Shown one piece after another: positions 10,381 to 21,322 of a stretch of 64,000 nucleotides of DNA. The DNA lies in the IMG/VR virus record IMGVR_UViG_3300045988_119030, positions 85,411 to 149,410 of that record. One strand, given 5' to 3'. The DNA is from a virus. A program made the translations under genes and the position numbers. The notes below the pieces were generated by a model. That model was not told the DNA's origin, did no database searches, and saw only the letters and a list, made by a program, of their open reading frames with translations. Each line of letters opens with the position of its first letter. Positions within the stretch are counted from its first letter, which is position 1.

Positions 10381-12280
10381 TATTGGCCCTTTCTGCGTTT
10401 AACTCAATGAAAGATTTACGAGGGCCGACTGATTCACCCATCAAATCCATAAATGTTTTATTTACAAGATTCATATCATCCATTGTAATTTGTTTTAAGG
10501 TGCGAGTTTCTGGATTCATAACCAATTCCATCTCATGGGTGTCCATTTCTCCAAGACCTTTCATTCGACCCAACTCAAAAGATCGGTTCATAGTTTTTCT
10601 GAATGTTTCAAGAGCAGCGTCATCTTTAAGATATTTAATATTCGTGCCCCAAGTCGCTTTATAAAGAGGTGGAACCGCCGCGTAAATATAACCTTTTTCA
10701 ATTAATTCAGGCGCAAACTTCCAAATAAATGTAAGAAACAAAATACGAATATGACTACCATCAACATCGGCATCCGCTGTAATAATAATCTTACCATAAC
10801 GTAATTTGGATTCATCTACAATTACTTTACCATCTTTAACTTCAAGGCCAAAAGCATCAATCATCGCACTAATTTCTTTATTTCCTAACGCTTTGTGCAA
10901 ATCTGTCTTTAAAGTATTAAGAATTTTACCTCTTACGGGTAAAACTGCTTGTGTATTGCGGTTGCGAGCTTCCTTAGTGGGGCCTTCTGCGGAACGACCT
11001 TCAACAATAAAAATTTCACATTCGCTCCTATTTTTACTATTGGCATCACTTAATGTGCCGGGTAAAATAGTTCTTTTCTTCGTATCAACTTTACGAACGG
11101 TTTCTTTAGCCTTTTTCGCTTTTTCACGGGCCGCGCGCGCCAGCATTGCCTTATCTACAATAGCTTTAGCATCTTTTGGATTATTATCAAGCCAAACTTT
11201 TAAATCTTTTGAGGCAAGGCGTTGAACAATAGTTCTTGCTTCACTACTGGATAAAACATCTTTGGTTTGACCAGAGAAAACCGGGTCAGGCATAATAAAT
11301 GAAAGAACAAGACTTAATCCTTCTTTAAGTTCTTCACCAGTAATATTAGCATCTTTCTCTTTTAAAAGACCTTTATCACGAGCGTATTCATTAATAGAAG
11401 TAGTAAGTGCTGTTCTAAAACCGGTCAGATGCGTTCCACCACTATTAGGAATTGAATTAGTATAAAGTTTATAAGTGTCGCTATAAGTATCGTTATACTC
11501 CATAGCAATTTTTACACCAATTCTATCTTCAATATTTTCAGTATAAAAAATTGAAGTAAGAGAAGTTTTATTGCTATTTAAATCTTTAATATAATCAAGA
11601 ATACCATTTTTTGAAGTAATCTCTTCTTCTGGTTTATCAAGATAAGTAAAATGAAATACCATACCAGGAGAAAGATAAGCTAATTCTTGAATTTGTTTTC
11701 TTAAAGCATCATAATCAAGAAGAATACCTTCTTTAAAAATACTTTCATCTGGCAAAAATTTAACCCAAGTTCCGGTCTCTTTACCAGCCCATTTTTCTTC
11801 TTGATAATCTTTTAATTTTCCTTTTTCAAAAGACGCAACGGCGTGTTTACCATCGCGAAAAGATGCAACTTGAAAATAACGAGAAAGAGCGTTAGTGGCT
11901 TTAGCACCAACGCCGTTCATACCACCAGATGTATTATATCCAGTTTTTCCATTGCTGTCAAATTTTGCACCGGTATGAAGTTTAGTATAAATATTTATCA
12001 ATGTTTCACTACCATCTTTAGCTTTTCCAAAAGGAACACCACGTCCATTATCGCGGATTTCAACATAACCATCTTTAGATACTGAGATATCACAACGAGT
12101 ACAATGACCATTTAAATATTCATCAACCGCGTTTGAGATAATTTCAAGAGTAATATGTTTAACTCCATCGGGTCCAGTAGAACCAATATACATACCTGGT
12201 CTAAGGCGAATTGCTTCTATACCTTCAAGAGTTTTAATATCTTTTACTCCATAAGAATCTAAATTAATTGTCGTTGTCAT
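10370..12280 (-). CDS. type IIA DNA topoisomerase, GyrB/ParE-like ATPase subunit
   Basis: GHKL N-box EIISNAVDE, GMNGVGAKATNALS, TOPRIM EIFIVEGRSAEG and DADVDGSHI. Confidence 0.9.
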   Translation of the reverse strand: MTTTINLDSYGVKDIKTLEGIEAIRLRPGMYIGSTGPDGVKHITLEIISNAVDEYLNGHCTRCDISVSKDGYVEIRDNGRGVPFGKAKDGSETLINIYTKLHTGAKFDSNGKTGYNTSGGMNGVGAKATNALSRYFQVASFRDGKHAVASFEKGKLKDYQEEKWAGKETGTWVKFLPDESIFKEGILLDYDALRKQIQELAYLSPGMVFHFTYLDKPEEEITSKNGILDYIKDLNSNKTSLTSIFYTENIEDRIGVKIAMEYNDTYSDTYKLYTNSIPNSGGTHLTGFRTALTTSINEYARDKGLLKEKDANITGEELKEGLSLVLSFIMPDPVFSGQTKDVLSSSEARTIVQRLASKDLKVWLDNNPKDAKAIVDKAMLARAAREKAKKAKETVRKVDTKKRTILPGTLSDANSKNRSECEIFIVEGRSAEGPTKEARNRNTQAVLPVRGKILNTLKTDLHKALGNKEISAMIDAFGLEVKDGKVIVDESKLRYGKIIITADADVDGSHIRILFLTFIWKFAPELIEKGYIYAAVPPLYKATWGTNIKYLKDDAALETFRKTMNRSFELGRMKGLGEMDTHEMELVMNPETRTLKQITMDDMNLVNKTFMDLMGESVGPRKSFIELNAERANIDV

Positions 12281-12875
12281 TAGATTCCTCCTTAACTTTA
12301 GGAATAATTTGATTTAATTTATAATCATAAGCTAAATCATTATATAATTTTTTTAGATATTTTTTATTAAGTAATTCTTCAATAGGAGTTCCATTTTTCC
12401 ACCTAAGAAAAATTACATTAACAAAAGATTTAACAACTGGGTGCATCAAAACTTCTTCACGCTTTTTAAGCCACCAATTTAATTCACTTTCCGCATTAAA
12501 TTTATCTTTCATATAGGCGGCTCCCGCACCCAAATAATCACAAAGAAGTTCAACGGTATCTTCATAGGGCATTAATAGTGCTTTTGGATGGCCTACTCCA
12601 CCATCTTTAATATCATCAATCCAATACTCCCAATGATGAGTGTTGTGGCCTTTATGATGTTGCCATGCTTTACTAAATCCATTAACATCTTTACAATTAT
12701 CAATTGGAGAACGATTACCGGTCCAATAGTGAGCGGATTCAATGAATTCAATAGGAGTAAACTTGGATAAATCATGCTTAATACCGCGCCAAGGGATACC
12801 AGCCATTTTACAATATTTAAATACATATTTTTTATGTGTTAAAACAGTATTTAAATGATTAATATAATTACTCAT
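12264..12875 (-). CDS. hypothetical His-rich protein
   Basis: 203 aa with WQHHKGHNTHHWEYW. Confidence 0.3.
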   Translation of the reverse strand: MSNYINHLNTVLTHKKYVFKYCKMAGIPWRGIKHDLSKFTPIEFIESAHYWTGNRSPIDNCKDVNGFSKAWQHHKGHNTHHWEYWIDDIKDGGVGHPKALLMPYEDTVELLCDYLGAGAAYMKDKFNAESELNWWLKKREEVLMHPVVKSFVNVIFLRWKNGTPIEELLNKKYLKKLYNDLAYDYKLNQIIPKVKEESNDNDN

Positions 12876-12916
12876 ATTTTTTTCTCCAATAACGTATTTC
12901 TTTATTTTATAAATAT

Positions 12917-12945
12917 ATTATAACAAAAATATTTTGGAAAGTCAA
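12917..12945 (-). promoter_or_regulatory. sigma70-like promoter TTGACT-17-TATAAT
   Basis: upstream of 12264..12875. Confidence 0.5.
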
Positions 12946-13039
12946 AAAATCGTGGCTTAAAATGCCGATTTAAATAAAACTTGACAGAGATAAAAAATTT
13001 TTTGTATAATATATTTAAGAGAAGCGCCCAGAGATATAA

Positions 13040-13076
13040 ATAAAAAAATTGGATAGTATATTTTATATACTATCCA
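13040..13076 (-). terminator. intrinsic terminator
   Basis: perfect 10-bp hairpin GGAUAGUAUA/UAUACUAUCC + UUUUUUU. Confidence 0.55.
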
Positions 13077-13084
13077 ATTTTATA

Positions 13085-13480
13085 TTAAATACCATAATCA
13101 GTATTTATAGGATCACTATTATCGCTATAATCGTCTTCAGTATAATAATTCATAGAAGTAGTTTCAGTATTATCTACTGTTGGTGTATTATTTAATTCTT
13201 CTTTATAATTATTATAAGCTTCATCAAGTTCTTTCATAACTGAAGCATACTTAATGCCATCTTTAGTATTTTCAGCCATTGATTTTTTATAATAGTATAC
13301 TTGGCTCACGCCATATGCCGCCCAAGGAAGACTTGCGCTTGCGGTAAGCCAGGGTAAAGAACCCATATATCCATTATAAATACAATAAAATGCTAAAACA
13401 ATATATGCTAATGTTGAAATCCAAATTAAGGCAGATTCTTGAATTAATAGAGTTTTAGAAAATTCTCTTTTTTGTTTCAT
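13085..13480 (-). CDS. membrane protein, holin candidate
   Basis: two predicted TM helices; immediately upstream of the endolysin gene. Confidence 0.4.
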   Translation of the reverse strand: MKQKREFSKTLLIQESALIWISTLAYIVLAFYCIYNGYMGSLPWLTASASLPWAAYGVSQVYYYKKSMAENTKDGIKYASVMKELDEAYNNYKEELNNTPTVDNTETTSMNYYTEDDYSDNSDPINTDYGI

Positions 13481-13481
13481 A

Positions 13482-13700
13482 TTACACCAATCCTTTATCT
13501 TTCATAATTCTATAAAGAACTACAATCATTTCTTCACGAGTCATAAATTTTTTATACATTTTACGATTTAAATTATCGCCTTTAATATATCCTTTACTTT
13601 CAGCCCAAGTTCTTTCCGTATCAGACCAAGAACTTGCATTTTTTTCGGCTTGTTGATTTAAATAAACTTCCATCATTTCATTAAATTTATCTTGAGTCAT
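13482..13700 (-). CDS. hypothetical protein
   Basis: 72-aa ORF. Confidence 0.25.
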   Translation of the reverse strand: MTQDKFNEMMEVYLNQQAEKNASSWSDTERTWAESKGYIKGDNLNRKMYKKFMTREEMIVVLYRIMKDKGLV

Positions 13701-13880
13701 ATCTTCATCCTCCTCATTAATATTTATATTATCACCAATTTTTTGTTTAAATAACTACCATTGGTAATCGCCACTTGTTCTATAATAACTATTCATATCA
13801 GTTCCGCATAATGGACGAGGACATAATTTACCAGTTACATCATAATGGCGAATAACGTGGTCCGCAGGTATATTGTATTT

Positions 13881-14786
13881 CTACATTAATTGCTTTACTA
13901 ATTGTACTGTATTTTCTAATGCTCTTGGATCAAAATACCAATCAGTATCACTGGCTACAATATTAGATTTATTTATTTTACAGGGTCTTACTTCAATTCC
14001 AATAGAATTAGCATTTCTACATTCAGGATGTTTATACCCTTTTCTTGTGCCACAGTGCCAAGCAATATCTTCATCTTTAACACTACGATAAATAATATCT
14101 TTTTCATCAACACAATAATGAGCTGATGATTTGGCGACAGGGTTTTTGAAATAATTACTAATATTTTTCGCTGTTCCTAAAGAACCAAAATAATGTATTA
14201 CAATATATTTTATTTTTCTATTATTGCCTTTTTGATAATTAGATGTTGTTAAATTATCTACAATTTTCATATCTTCACCTTTTCCTATAAATTGATCATA
14301 TATTTCAACTCCATAATACAATCTCTACTATTGGATTTTTAAACTCTAATCTTTTGGTCGTTCAAACTATGTTAAAACTATATTTGAAGCAGTCTATATA
14401 TCTTTACAATTTATTAAAGTATTCCAAACGGTAGGATAATATGTAGAAAGTTGATAAATTAAAAATTCAAGTTGCGTATTTAAGTTTCCTATTGAAGTAT
14501 TTTTCTTTTTTGTAAAATCATATAATTGTTTTTTAAGACTCCAATAGGTCCATTGAGCTAAACCATATCCAGCTTTATCATAAATAAAATTAGTATATTT
14601 ACCATTATCTACTTGTTTTGTATACTATTCATCATTTAATCCAAGTGTCTTTTCAAAACTATTTTGAAGATTTTTTGGATTAAAATTTGATTCAGCTTTT
14701 AGGTTTCCCATTAGCCCGGCCGTTCCATAAGGATTTTTTATTTGTTTATACAAATAATTCCAAGCTATTTCAATGTTAGTCATATT
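13881..14786 (-). CDS. two-domain endolysin (N-terminal glycosidase-like domain + C-terminal amidase_2/PGRP), with in-frame TAGs
   Basis: C-terminal SAHYCVD...AWHCG...NSIGIE amidase_2 motifs (listed ORF 13881..14321); same frame continues upstream through about 6 TAG codons, including a TAG-TAG pair, to ATG at 14786 (MTNIEIAWNYLYKQIKNPYGTAGLMGNLKAES...). Confidence 0.6.
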
Positions 14787-14845
14787 ATCCTCCTTTCTAT
14801 AAAATAAAAAAGAAAGAGAAGAAGTAAATCTTCTCTTTCTTATAA

Positions 14846-16108
14846 TTACATATGTTCAGCTAATGCCGCAATTTTAGAACGATGAATTTGTTTTAATTCA
14901 ATTTCACCATATACATCTGATCCTCTAAATACTTTAGAAGCACGACGCATACCATTATTGGCTCCAGCAAAAGCGATATCATCAACTTGAGTTTTATCAT
15001 CGCCATCAATGATACAAATACCATCTTCACCGATACGTTGTAAAGTCAATTTCATAAGCGAAATATCCATATTTTGTGCTTCAGAAATATAAATACCTGC
15101 TTTCATTCCAGTAGTGTCATAACCACGGATATCACTTAATGGCAAAAGAACTAATTGTTCGTTTTCAATCATGCGCTCAACAGCTAAGCGACCACCAAAT
15201 TTACTAATTAAAAGATTGCCAATTTGGCTATCAAGTAATTTTTCATCTTGAGTGCCAGGATAAAAACCTAATTTCGCGGAATTTTTAGTGGCAATTGTGT
15301 TGCAAAATACAATGATTTTATCAATGCGTCCACGTTCAAATTGATTCATTAAGAAGGCTAAACTTAAATAAGTTTTACCTGAACCCGCAGGGCCACGAAC
15401 CATAGTAATAGTATTATTAATAAGACTATCTGCGAATAAAGCTTGATAAGGGTCATCTTTCATAGGTTTTACTTTTCCAAATTGAGTAGAATCAAAATTA
15501 CCAAATGAAATAGGACGATAACCATCACCAGTATAACATACTTTATCAACGATATTGTTATCTTTATCTTTTATAATTAAATATTCATTAATATGTAAAT
15601 TATAAATATTTTCATATTGGTTAGAATAGAAATCAGCCATTTCTGCATTTGACATTGTAATTTCTACATATCCTTTATATTCATCAATTAATTCTTCATC
15701 TATGCTTTGGATATGATCTTTGTCAAAAAAAAGATTTGCCATTGCTTTTAATGATAAATCATTAGTGATAAATATGGTATTTAGATGGGCTAATTTAAAT
15801 TCAATTGCGGTAGATAAAATTTTACTATCATCAGTAATTGGAAGGTTAGAATCTTCAATTATTTTTAATCCATCTAATTTAAATAGTTGGATAATATAAT
15901 TATCAGGGTTTTCATTCAATTTATGTAATACTTTACGAGCTGAATATTTAACATCAGCATCTTTATTTGATGATGTTTTTATATTTTCTAACTCTTTTAA
16001 AGTAATAGAAGATATAACAGGTGTATATTCTTCCTCTTGGAGAAATGTATCAACCGCCATCAGCAAACTACAAGTATCATAAAATTTATACATCTTCGTA
16101 CTCATCAT
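14846..16108 (-). CDS. PhoH-like ATPase with N-terminal PIN domain
   Basis: Walker A GPAGSGKT, PhoH-like conserved blocks; N-terminal acidic PIN-like region. Confidence 0.8.
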   Translation of the reverse strand: MMSTKMYKFYDTCSLLMAVDTFLQEEEYTPVISSITLKELENIKTSSNKDADVKYSARKVLHKLNENPDNYIIQLFKLDGLKIIEDSNLPITDDSKILSTAIEFKLAHLNTIFITNDLSLKAMANLFFDKDHIQSIDEELIDEYKGYVEITMSNAEMADFYSNQYENIYNLHINEYLIIKDKDNNIVDKVCYTGDGYRPISFGNFDSTQFGKVKPMKDDPYQALFADSLINNTITMVRGPAGSGKTYLSLAFLMNQFERGRIDKIIVFCNTIATKNSAKLGFYPGTQDEKLLDSQIGNLLISKFGGRLAVERMIENEQLVLLPLSDIRGYDTTGMKAGIYISEAQNMDISLMKLTLQRIGEDGICIIDGDDKTQVDDIAFAGANNGMRRASKVFRGSDVYGEIELKQIHRSKIAALAEHM

Positions 16109-16400
16109 CTTCTTCCTCTTCTATGTTTGGTATAGCAGATCCGACTGCGTGAACTGAAGTCTTTGTATCGGTTGCTAATTTTTCGATTTGGGAATTATAC
16201 TCTGCTATTTTTAGAGTTAATTTTCCCTTTACCAATTCGAGAAAAGTTGTCAATAAACTAACTAAATTATCTCCTATTGGGTATAAAAATGCGATAAATA
16301 TTATTCCGAATATAAATGTTAAAATAAATATTCACCCTTTCATTAGGGATTTGAAGATTTTTACCTCTTAACATTTATAAAAATTTATATATTTTTATTT

Positions 16401-16838
16401 TTAATTCTTGGCCTCATTACGATGTTTACGAATACTCTGGTAAAATTTATCTTTTTCTTTTATGATATAATTTAATTCATTTTTAGCATTTTTAATAGAG
16501 TCATTTACATAACTAATATCTTCTTGTCTTTGGCGAATTTGTCGTTGAAGCATTTTATTTTCATAAGATTTAGGATTAAAATATTTACTTCTATTCATTG
16601 AATAATATAATTGATTTAAAGCTCCAAGTTGAATTTTTAATTCTTTTTTATATGCTTGTAAAACTTTAATATAAGCTCGTTTATAAGCAAAATTACATCC
16701 AGTTTTTTCATTTGCCATATCCATATCATCAGGATGACATTTAGCGATACCATAAATAATATTACCATCTTTGTCCTCAATTAAACAAGAAGCTTCACCT
16801 GATTCAGGGTTATAACTAAATAAAGGTTCTTTTTTCAA
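16401..16838 (-). CDS. hypothetical coiled-coil protein
   Basis: 145-aa ORF. Confidence 0.3.
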   Translation of the reverse strand: MKKEPLFSYNPESGEASCLIEDKDGNIIYGIAKCHPDDMDMANEKTGCNFAYKRAYIKVLQAYKKELKIQLGALNQLYYSMNRSKYFNPKSYENKMLQRQIRQRQEDISYVNDSIKNAKNELNYIIKEKDKFYQSIRKHRNEAKN

Positions 16839-16973
16839 AGTAATAGAACTCCTTTCTATCTATTTCTATAAATATATTAACATAAAAATTATTAAAAAGC
16901 AAGTTTTAGGGTTTTTGTTAGAAAAATTTCTATGGGTGTGAGCAATTGAAACTACGGCCGATCGCGTTAATCA

Positions 16974-17017
16974 GAGATAAAAAAATAGACACTATGAAAT
17001 AAATCATAGTGTCTATT
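16974..17017 (-). terminator. intrinsic terminator after the flotillin gene
   Basis: 12-bp hairpin AUAGACACUAUGA.../...UCAUAGUGUCUAU + U7. Confidence 0.6.
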
Positions 17018-17021
17018 TAAA

Positions 17022-18407
17022 TTACTTATTCAATGCCTTTGTAAGCATCTCTTTGATGTCGATGCCATTTTCAGACATTGCTTCGATGACCTGGTTTGCG
17101 GAACCCATAACATCCTTTACAAGACGAGCAGAGTTTCCATCGCCGTACTGGACGATCTTATCCACATTGGTAAGAGGGGCTGCCGCGTTTGCCACGATTT
17201 GAGGCATTGCATTGAAATACATTTCAATGATAGAAGCTTCACCCATCTTCTTCTGTGCTTCTGCTTTCTTGTCGATTGCTGTAGCTTCAGCTTCACCAAC
17301 GGCCGCGATACCAGCAGCTTTCTGTTCGGCTGCGAACTTTTCCGCTTCAGCGCGAGCACGCATAGCTTTTGCTTCCTGCTCGATCTCATAAGCCTTAGCT
17401 TCAGCATCCTTCTGACGACGAATCAGGTCTGCTTCAGCTGCCTTTTCCGCAGCATACTTATCAGCATCAGCCTGCTTACGAACCAATGCAGTCAGTTCGT
17501 ATTCCTTAAGCTCGATTTCCTTCTGCTTCAATTCAGCTTCACGCTCAGCCTTTGCGATATTCGCATTAGTTGCGGCAACATCCTTGAGCTTACGCTGATT
17601 TTCAGACTCAATGCCAGCGGCCGCTTCTGCCTGAGCTTTCTTAGTATCAGCTTCCTGCTTCAACTGAGCCTGCTTGATAGCAAGATCGTTATTGCGGATT
17701 GCGATTTCCTCAGCGGCCTTAACCTTAGCGTCATTAGACTGCTTAGCATTTTCTGCACGAGCGACCTCAATCTCACGCTCCGCATTGGACTTAGCAATCG
17801 CCGCGTTCTTGCTAATCTGAGCGACATTATCAATACCAAGGTTAGTGATAACATCATTATCATCAGAGAAGTTCTGAACGTTAAAGGTAATCAGCTCAAG
17901 ACCATAGCGCGCCAGATCAGGGACTGCATTCTCCTGGACTTTCTCGCTAAACAGCTTACGATCGCTAACCATATCAGTCAGCTTCATTTGACCGACGATC
18001 TCACGAATATTACCCTCAAGAAGGTCATTAATCTTACGAGAAATTTCATCACGGCCTACATTAAGGAAGTTCTGAGCAGCGAGCGCAATCATTTCAGGAT
18101 CTCTACCAACACGAACAGAAACCGTAGAATCAACACGAACGTTAATGTATTCGGCAGTAGGGACCGCAGATCCAGTCTTTACATCAATTTGAATAGCTCC
18201 GAGAGCAAGCTTATCCAAACGTTCGAAGAAAGGAATCTTCAAGCCAGCTTTACCAACAAGAATTCGAGGTTTCTTATGGACACCACTGATGATATAAGCC
18301 ATATCAGGCGGAGCCTTTACATAACCATTGAGGAAAATGAAAATTACCAGTAGCGCAATAAGAACTACAGGAATTGCCGGAAGGATAAATGAAATAATAG
18401 CGGGCAT
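17022..18407 (-). CDS. SPFH/band-7 flotillin-like membrane protein
   Basis: N-terminal TM helix, SPFH core, long Ala/Glu/Lys-rich coiled coil typical of flotillins. Confidence 0.8.
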   Translation of the reverse strand: MPAIISFILPAIPVVLIALLVIFIFLNGYVKAPPDMAYIISGVHKKPRILVGKAGLKIPFFERLDKLALGAIQIDVKTGSAVPTAEYINVRVDSTVSVRVGRDPEMIALAAQNFLNVGRDEISRKINDLLEGNIREIVGQMKLTDMVSDRKLFSEKVQENAVPDLARYGLELITFNVQNFSDDNDVITNLGIDNVAQISKNAAIAKSNAEREIEVARAENAKQSNDAKVKAAEEIAIRNNDLAIKQAQLKQEADTKKAQAEAAAGIESENQRKLKDVAATNANIAKAEREAELKQKEIELKEYELTALVRKQADADKYAAEKAAEADLIRRQKDAEAKAYEIEQEAKAMRARAEAEKFAAEQKAAGIAAVGEAEATAIDKKAEAQKKMGEASIIEMYFNAMPQIVANAAAPLTNVDKIVQYGDGNSARLVKDVMGSANQVIEAMSENGIDIKEMLTKALNK

Positions 18408-18433
18408 AAATAATTCTCCTTATTTATTTAATT

Positions 18434-18697
18434 TTAAATTTTATACTTATATTTGAATAATGCTTCAATAGCATCATCAATCGAATTATAGTATCCATTA
18501 TGTTCAAATTCTCCATCTTCATCCCATAAGAAAGAGATTTCTACTCCTAATGGACCTTGTTCCAATTTTTCTTTTACTTCTTTGTAAATTGCTTCTTCCA
18601 TTTGTCTTGTTATTAATTTTTCCCAATCTTCATAAGACATTTTTCCAGTAATGAGTTTTTTTGTTAAATCATTACCTTTATAATCATAAAGTGCCAT
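18434..18697 (-). CDS. hypothetical protein
   Basis: 87-aa ORF. Confidence 0.25.
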   Translation of the reverse strand: MALYDYKGNDLTKKLITGKMSYEDWEKLITRQMEEAIYKEVKEKLEQGPLGVEISFLWDEDGEFEHNGYYNSIDDAIEALFKYKYKI

Positions 18698-18707
18698 TTA
18701 GTTTTCC

Positions 18708-19268
18708 TCATTCATCAAGAAATGCTTTACATTCCTCAACTTTGGCTTTCATGGCATCAATGATTACATCAAGATTAATGGGATAACCATAGTGAGAATC
18801 AACACCTACATGATACATATAAGGTCGATCTTCAAAGAAATTAGTGGTTTGATGAGTATGACCGTAAAGATTTAAAGTCATTTGATGAAGATTTTCTCTT
18901 TCAAGATTACCAGTCATACAAGGGAAATGGGTCATAAAGAAATGGTATTTACGATAATTTAGCATAATCGCCCAATCCATTTCAACAACATTAGGCAAAT
19001 CCGCATAAAGCTTCTGCCGAGTTGCTGTATCATGGTTGCCAAATACAATATGGAATTTGCCCTTAAGACGTTTAATATATTCAATATTAGAAGGGTCTCC
19101 AAGCATTAGATCACCAAGAATATAAACGTCATCTTCATCAGAAATGATGCTATTCCATTTCTCGACGTAATCTTCATTCATTTCTTTAATTGAAGAATAA
19201 CCACGAGCTTTCCAAATAAATTCTCGATCATGTCCAAAGTGCATATCACTGGTTAAAAAGATTGCCAT
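18708..19268 (-). CDS. calcineurin-like metallophosphoesterase (candidate RNA 2',3'/3'-end phosphatase)
   Basis: DMHFGHD, GDLMLGD, GNHD, GHTH motif order. Confidence 0.75.
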   Translation of the reverse strand: MAIFLTSDMHFGHDREFIWKARGYSSIKEMNEDYVEKWNSIISDEDDVYILGDLMLGDPSNIEYIKRLKGKFHIVFGNHDTATRQKLYADLPNVVEMDWAIMLNYRKYHFFMTHFPCMTGNLERENLHQMTLNLYGHTHQTTNFFEDRPYMYHVGVDSHYGYPINLDVIIDAMKAKVEECKAFLDE

Positions 19269-19783
19269 GTATGAATCACTTCTCCTTTTTCGTTAACCTC
19301 TTGGATAAGGTTATATTTAATATATTCTTTAAAAGTGGGAGGAGTAAAAGAATTTGCCATACTCCGAATTACTTCTTCTGGAACTTGCGCTCGACCATCA
19401 CGCTGTTTATTGCGCTCAATACAAACTTCAACAGGAACATTAAAATAAATAACATTCACATTAAGATTTGTATATCCTTTTGCGTTAATTGCTTTGAGAA
19501 GTTTCTTGCGAGAACCGGGTCCAAGATGCGTGGCATCTGCATACACATCATCATAGTCTCTTAAAGAAAGAGTAATTGCTTCAACAAAAGCATGCCATAC
19601 GCTTTCTTCTTTGGCGAAATAGCTTTCATCATCATTTAACATTTGAAAACGAAGAGCATCACGAGAAACAACACAACCGCACTGAGGCCAACGGTTTTTA
19701 AGGAACGTGCTTTTGCCCGATGCTGGCACTCCGCACATAATCCAAAGATTCTTTTGCTTCATCTTTATACACCCCATTCTCAA
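19253..19783 (-). CDS. P-loop kinase (polynucleotide-kinase-like)
   Basis: Walker A GVPASGKST; about 170 aa; adjacent to a phosphoesterase, as in Pnkp-type end-healing enzymes. Confidence 0.55.
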   Translation of the reverse strand: MRMGCIKMKQKNLWIMCGVPASGKSTFLKNRWPQCGCVVSRDALRFQMLNDDESYFAKEESVWHAFVEAITLSLRDYDDVYADATHLGPGSRKKLLKAINAKGYTNLNVNVIYFNVPVEVCIERNKQRDGRAQVPEEVIRSMANSFTPPTFKEYIKYNLIQEVNEKGEVIHTWQSF

Positions 19784-19973
19784 AATTTTCTTTAAACTCT
19801 TCTACTTCTTCTGGAGTTCTACATTCGATATGATTTACTTCTTCTTTGCAATAAATACAATACAGCTTTTTACGATGAAATTTACCATGTTGAAGACTTA
19901 CTCGACGAGATAAAGGGATTCCTTTTCGTCCACAATTCATACAGTAAAAATCATGATTTTCATAAGATGCCAT
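19698..19973 (-). CDS. Zn-ribbon protein
   Basis: CMNCGRK...CIYCKEE. Confidence 0.35.
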   Translation of the reverse strand: MASYENHDFYCMNCGRKGIPLSRRVSLQHGKFHRKKLYCIYCKEEVNHIECRTPEEVEEFKENFENGVYKDEAKESLDYVRSASIGQKHVP

Positions 19974-19978
19974 TTGAA

Positions 19979-20179
19979 TTACTCCTTTGAGCGAGAAGGA
20001 ACCGCAATATTAATAAAAATCTTAATGACAAACATTTGCCAATAAGTAATGCTTGGAAAGCAAAACCAAGGAATAAGAGCGGTATTCCAAATAAATAGCA
20101 TAATAGCTACTTCAATGAACATAAAAGCTACACTCGCAACCGCCCAAGAAATATCATCATAATCGTTCATTTTTATCAA
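19979..20179 (-). CDS. small membrane protein
   Basis: 66 aa, two hydrophobic helices. Confidence 0.3.
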   Translation of the reverse strand: MIKMNDYDDISWAVASVAFMFIEVAIMLFIWNTALIPWFCFPSITYWQMFVIKIFINIAVPSRSKE

Positions 20180-20203
20180 TTCCTTTCTTTACTTTATATA
20201 TAT

Positions 20204-20232
20204 ATTATATATTATTTTTTATAAAAAATCAA
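20204..20232 (-). promoter_or_regulatory. sigma70-like promoter TTGATT-17-TATAAT
   Basis: shared AT-rich block ctttatatatatattatat...aaaaatcaa. Confidence 0.55.
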
Positions 20233-20241
20233 TAAAAATCT

Positions 20242-20520
20242 TTACGTTTCCTCTAAATAATTTTCACATTCTTCAGCATCATATTTAACAGTTAAATTTG
20301 TAGCATCAAGATACCCACCATCATAGTAAAGTATATCGTGTTTAACAGTAGCATTTTTATAAATTTCTTCCTCGTTAGTATCTTTTATAATTTTAAAAAG
20401 ATCACATAAAAATCTACAAGCAGATTCAATAGTGTCAAATTCAAGAGCTTTATCATCCCAACAGAGTGGATTAACACCCTCTTTTGTTTCATAAATATGA
20501 TATTTTATACCTCTAACCAT
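20242..20520 (-). CDS. hypothetical protein
   Basis: 92-aa ORF. Confidence 0.25.
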   Translation of the reverse strand: MVRGIKYHIYETKEGVNPLCWDDKALEFDTIESACRFLCDLFKIIKDTNEEEIYKNATVKHDILYYDGGYLDATNLTVKYDAEECENYLEET

Positions 20521-20531
20521 TATTTTTCTCC

Positions 20532-21251
20532 TTACATAGCAAATTCAATAGTCTCAAATGTATCAAGATCAATAAGACAAGTTTTTCCAGTAGCAAAAGA
20601 ACCATTATCAATATCGCACTTATGTCCATCACAATACCAAAAATGATTCATATTTTCCAAATCAAAATCTTTATAGCTTTTACCTACTGCAATATAAGGA
20701 TCATAATTAGGCATCAGCAAAAAAGGTGTATGGCCGTGAATACAAAAAGTGCGGTCCGCAGGTGAACCTTCTGGCCACGGGTCATAGAAATGATCTCGGC
20801 TCCAAATTAAATTATAAGAATTAGGACTATCGCCAAGAGTATAACCAGCATGAGAAAGAAGAATAATTTGATTACTCTTATTCACATAAGTTTTTTGCAG
20901 AGGAAGTTTAGCAAGCTCACGATACCAGCCAGGATTGGCATGTTCTCCAATTTGCCAATCTTCAAATGTTTTTGTTCCACTGTTATTACAAAGAAGAGCA
21001 TATGCTCTACTAAAATTTTCATCTTTAAGATAATCTTTCATAGCTTCAAATAGCATATCTTCATGATTACCTTTAAGATAAATAACTCTTTTATCGGCAA
21101 GAGCATCTTTAATGATTTCCCAGCCATCATTTCCGCGGTCCGCACAATCACCCAGACAATAAAGAGTATCGTTAGGGTCAAGATATTTCATAATTTGATC
21201 CCAAAGAGGTTTCATGCCATGAATATCACTAACCGCGTATGTTTTATTCAT
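20532..21251 (-). CDS. Ser/Thr protein phosphatase (PPP family, lambda-phosphatase-like)
   Basis: DIHG, GDCADRG, GNHE motif order. Confidence 0.8.
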   Translation of the reverse strand: MNKTYAVSDIHGMKPLWDQIMKYLDPNDTLYCLGDCADRGNDGWEIIKDALADKRVIYLKGNHEDMLFEAMKDYLKDENFSRAYALLCNNSGTKTFEDWQIGEHANPGWYRELAKLPLQKTYVNKSNQIILLSHAGYTLGDSPNSYNLIWSRDHFYDPWPEGSPADRTFCIHGHTPFLLMPNYDPYIAVGKSYKDFDLENMNHFWYCDGHKCDIDNGSFATGKTCLIDLDTFETIEFAM

Positions 21252-21283
21252 AAAATATCAATCCTTTCTTAATTTATATATAT

Positions 21284-21312
21284 ATTATAATATATTTTTA
21301 TAAAAAAATCAA
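21284..21312 (-). promoter_or_regulatory. sigma70-like promoter TTGATT-17-TATAAT
   Basis: upstream of the Ser/Thr phosphatase gene. Confidence 0.55.
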
Positions 21313-21322
21313 GAGTGAGAAA

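Noticed and set aside
17199-18353. Long plus-strand ORFs antisense to real genes (17199..18353 opposite flotillin, 31061..33277 opposite MVP, 23851..25176 opposite RNA ligase, 33976..35058 opposite the vWA gene, 1673..2170, 7314..7838)
   Set aside because: Low-complexity Leu/Ile/Ser-rich translations arising from the AT-rich antisense of genuine minus-strand genes; no promoters or RBS on the plus strand
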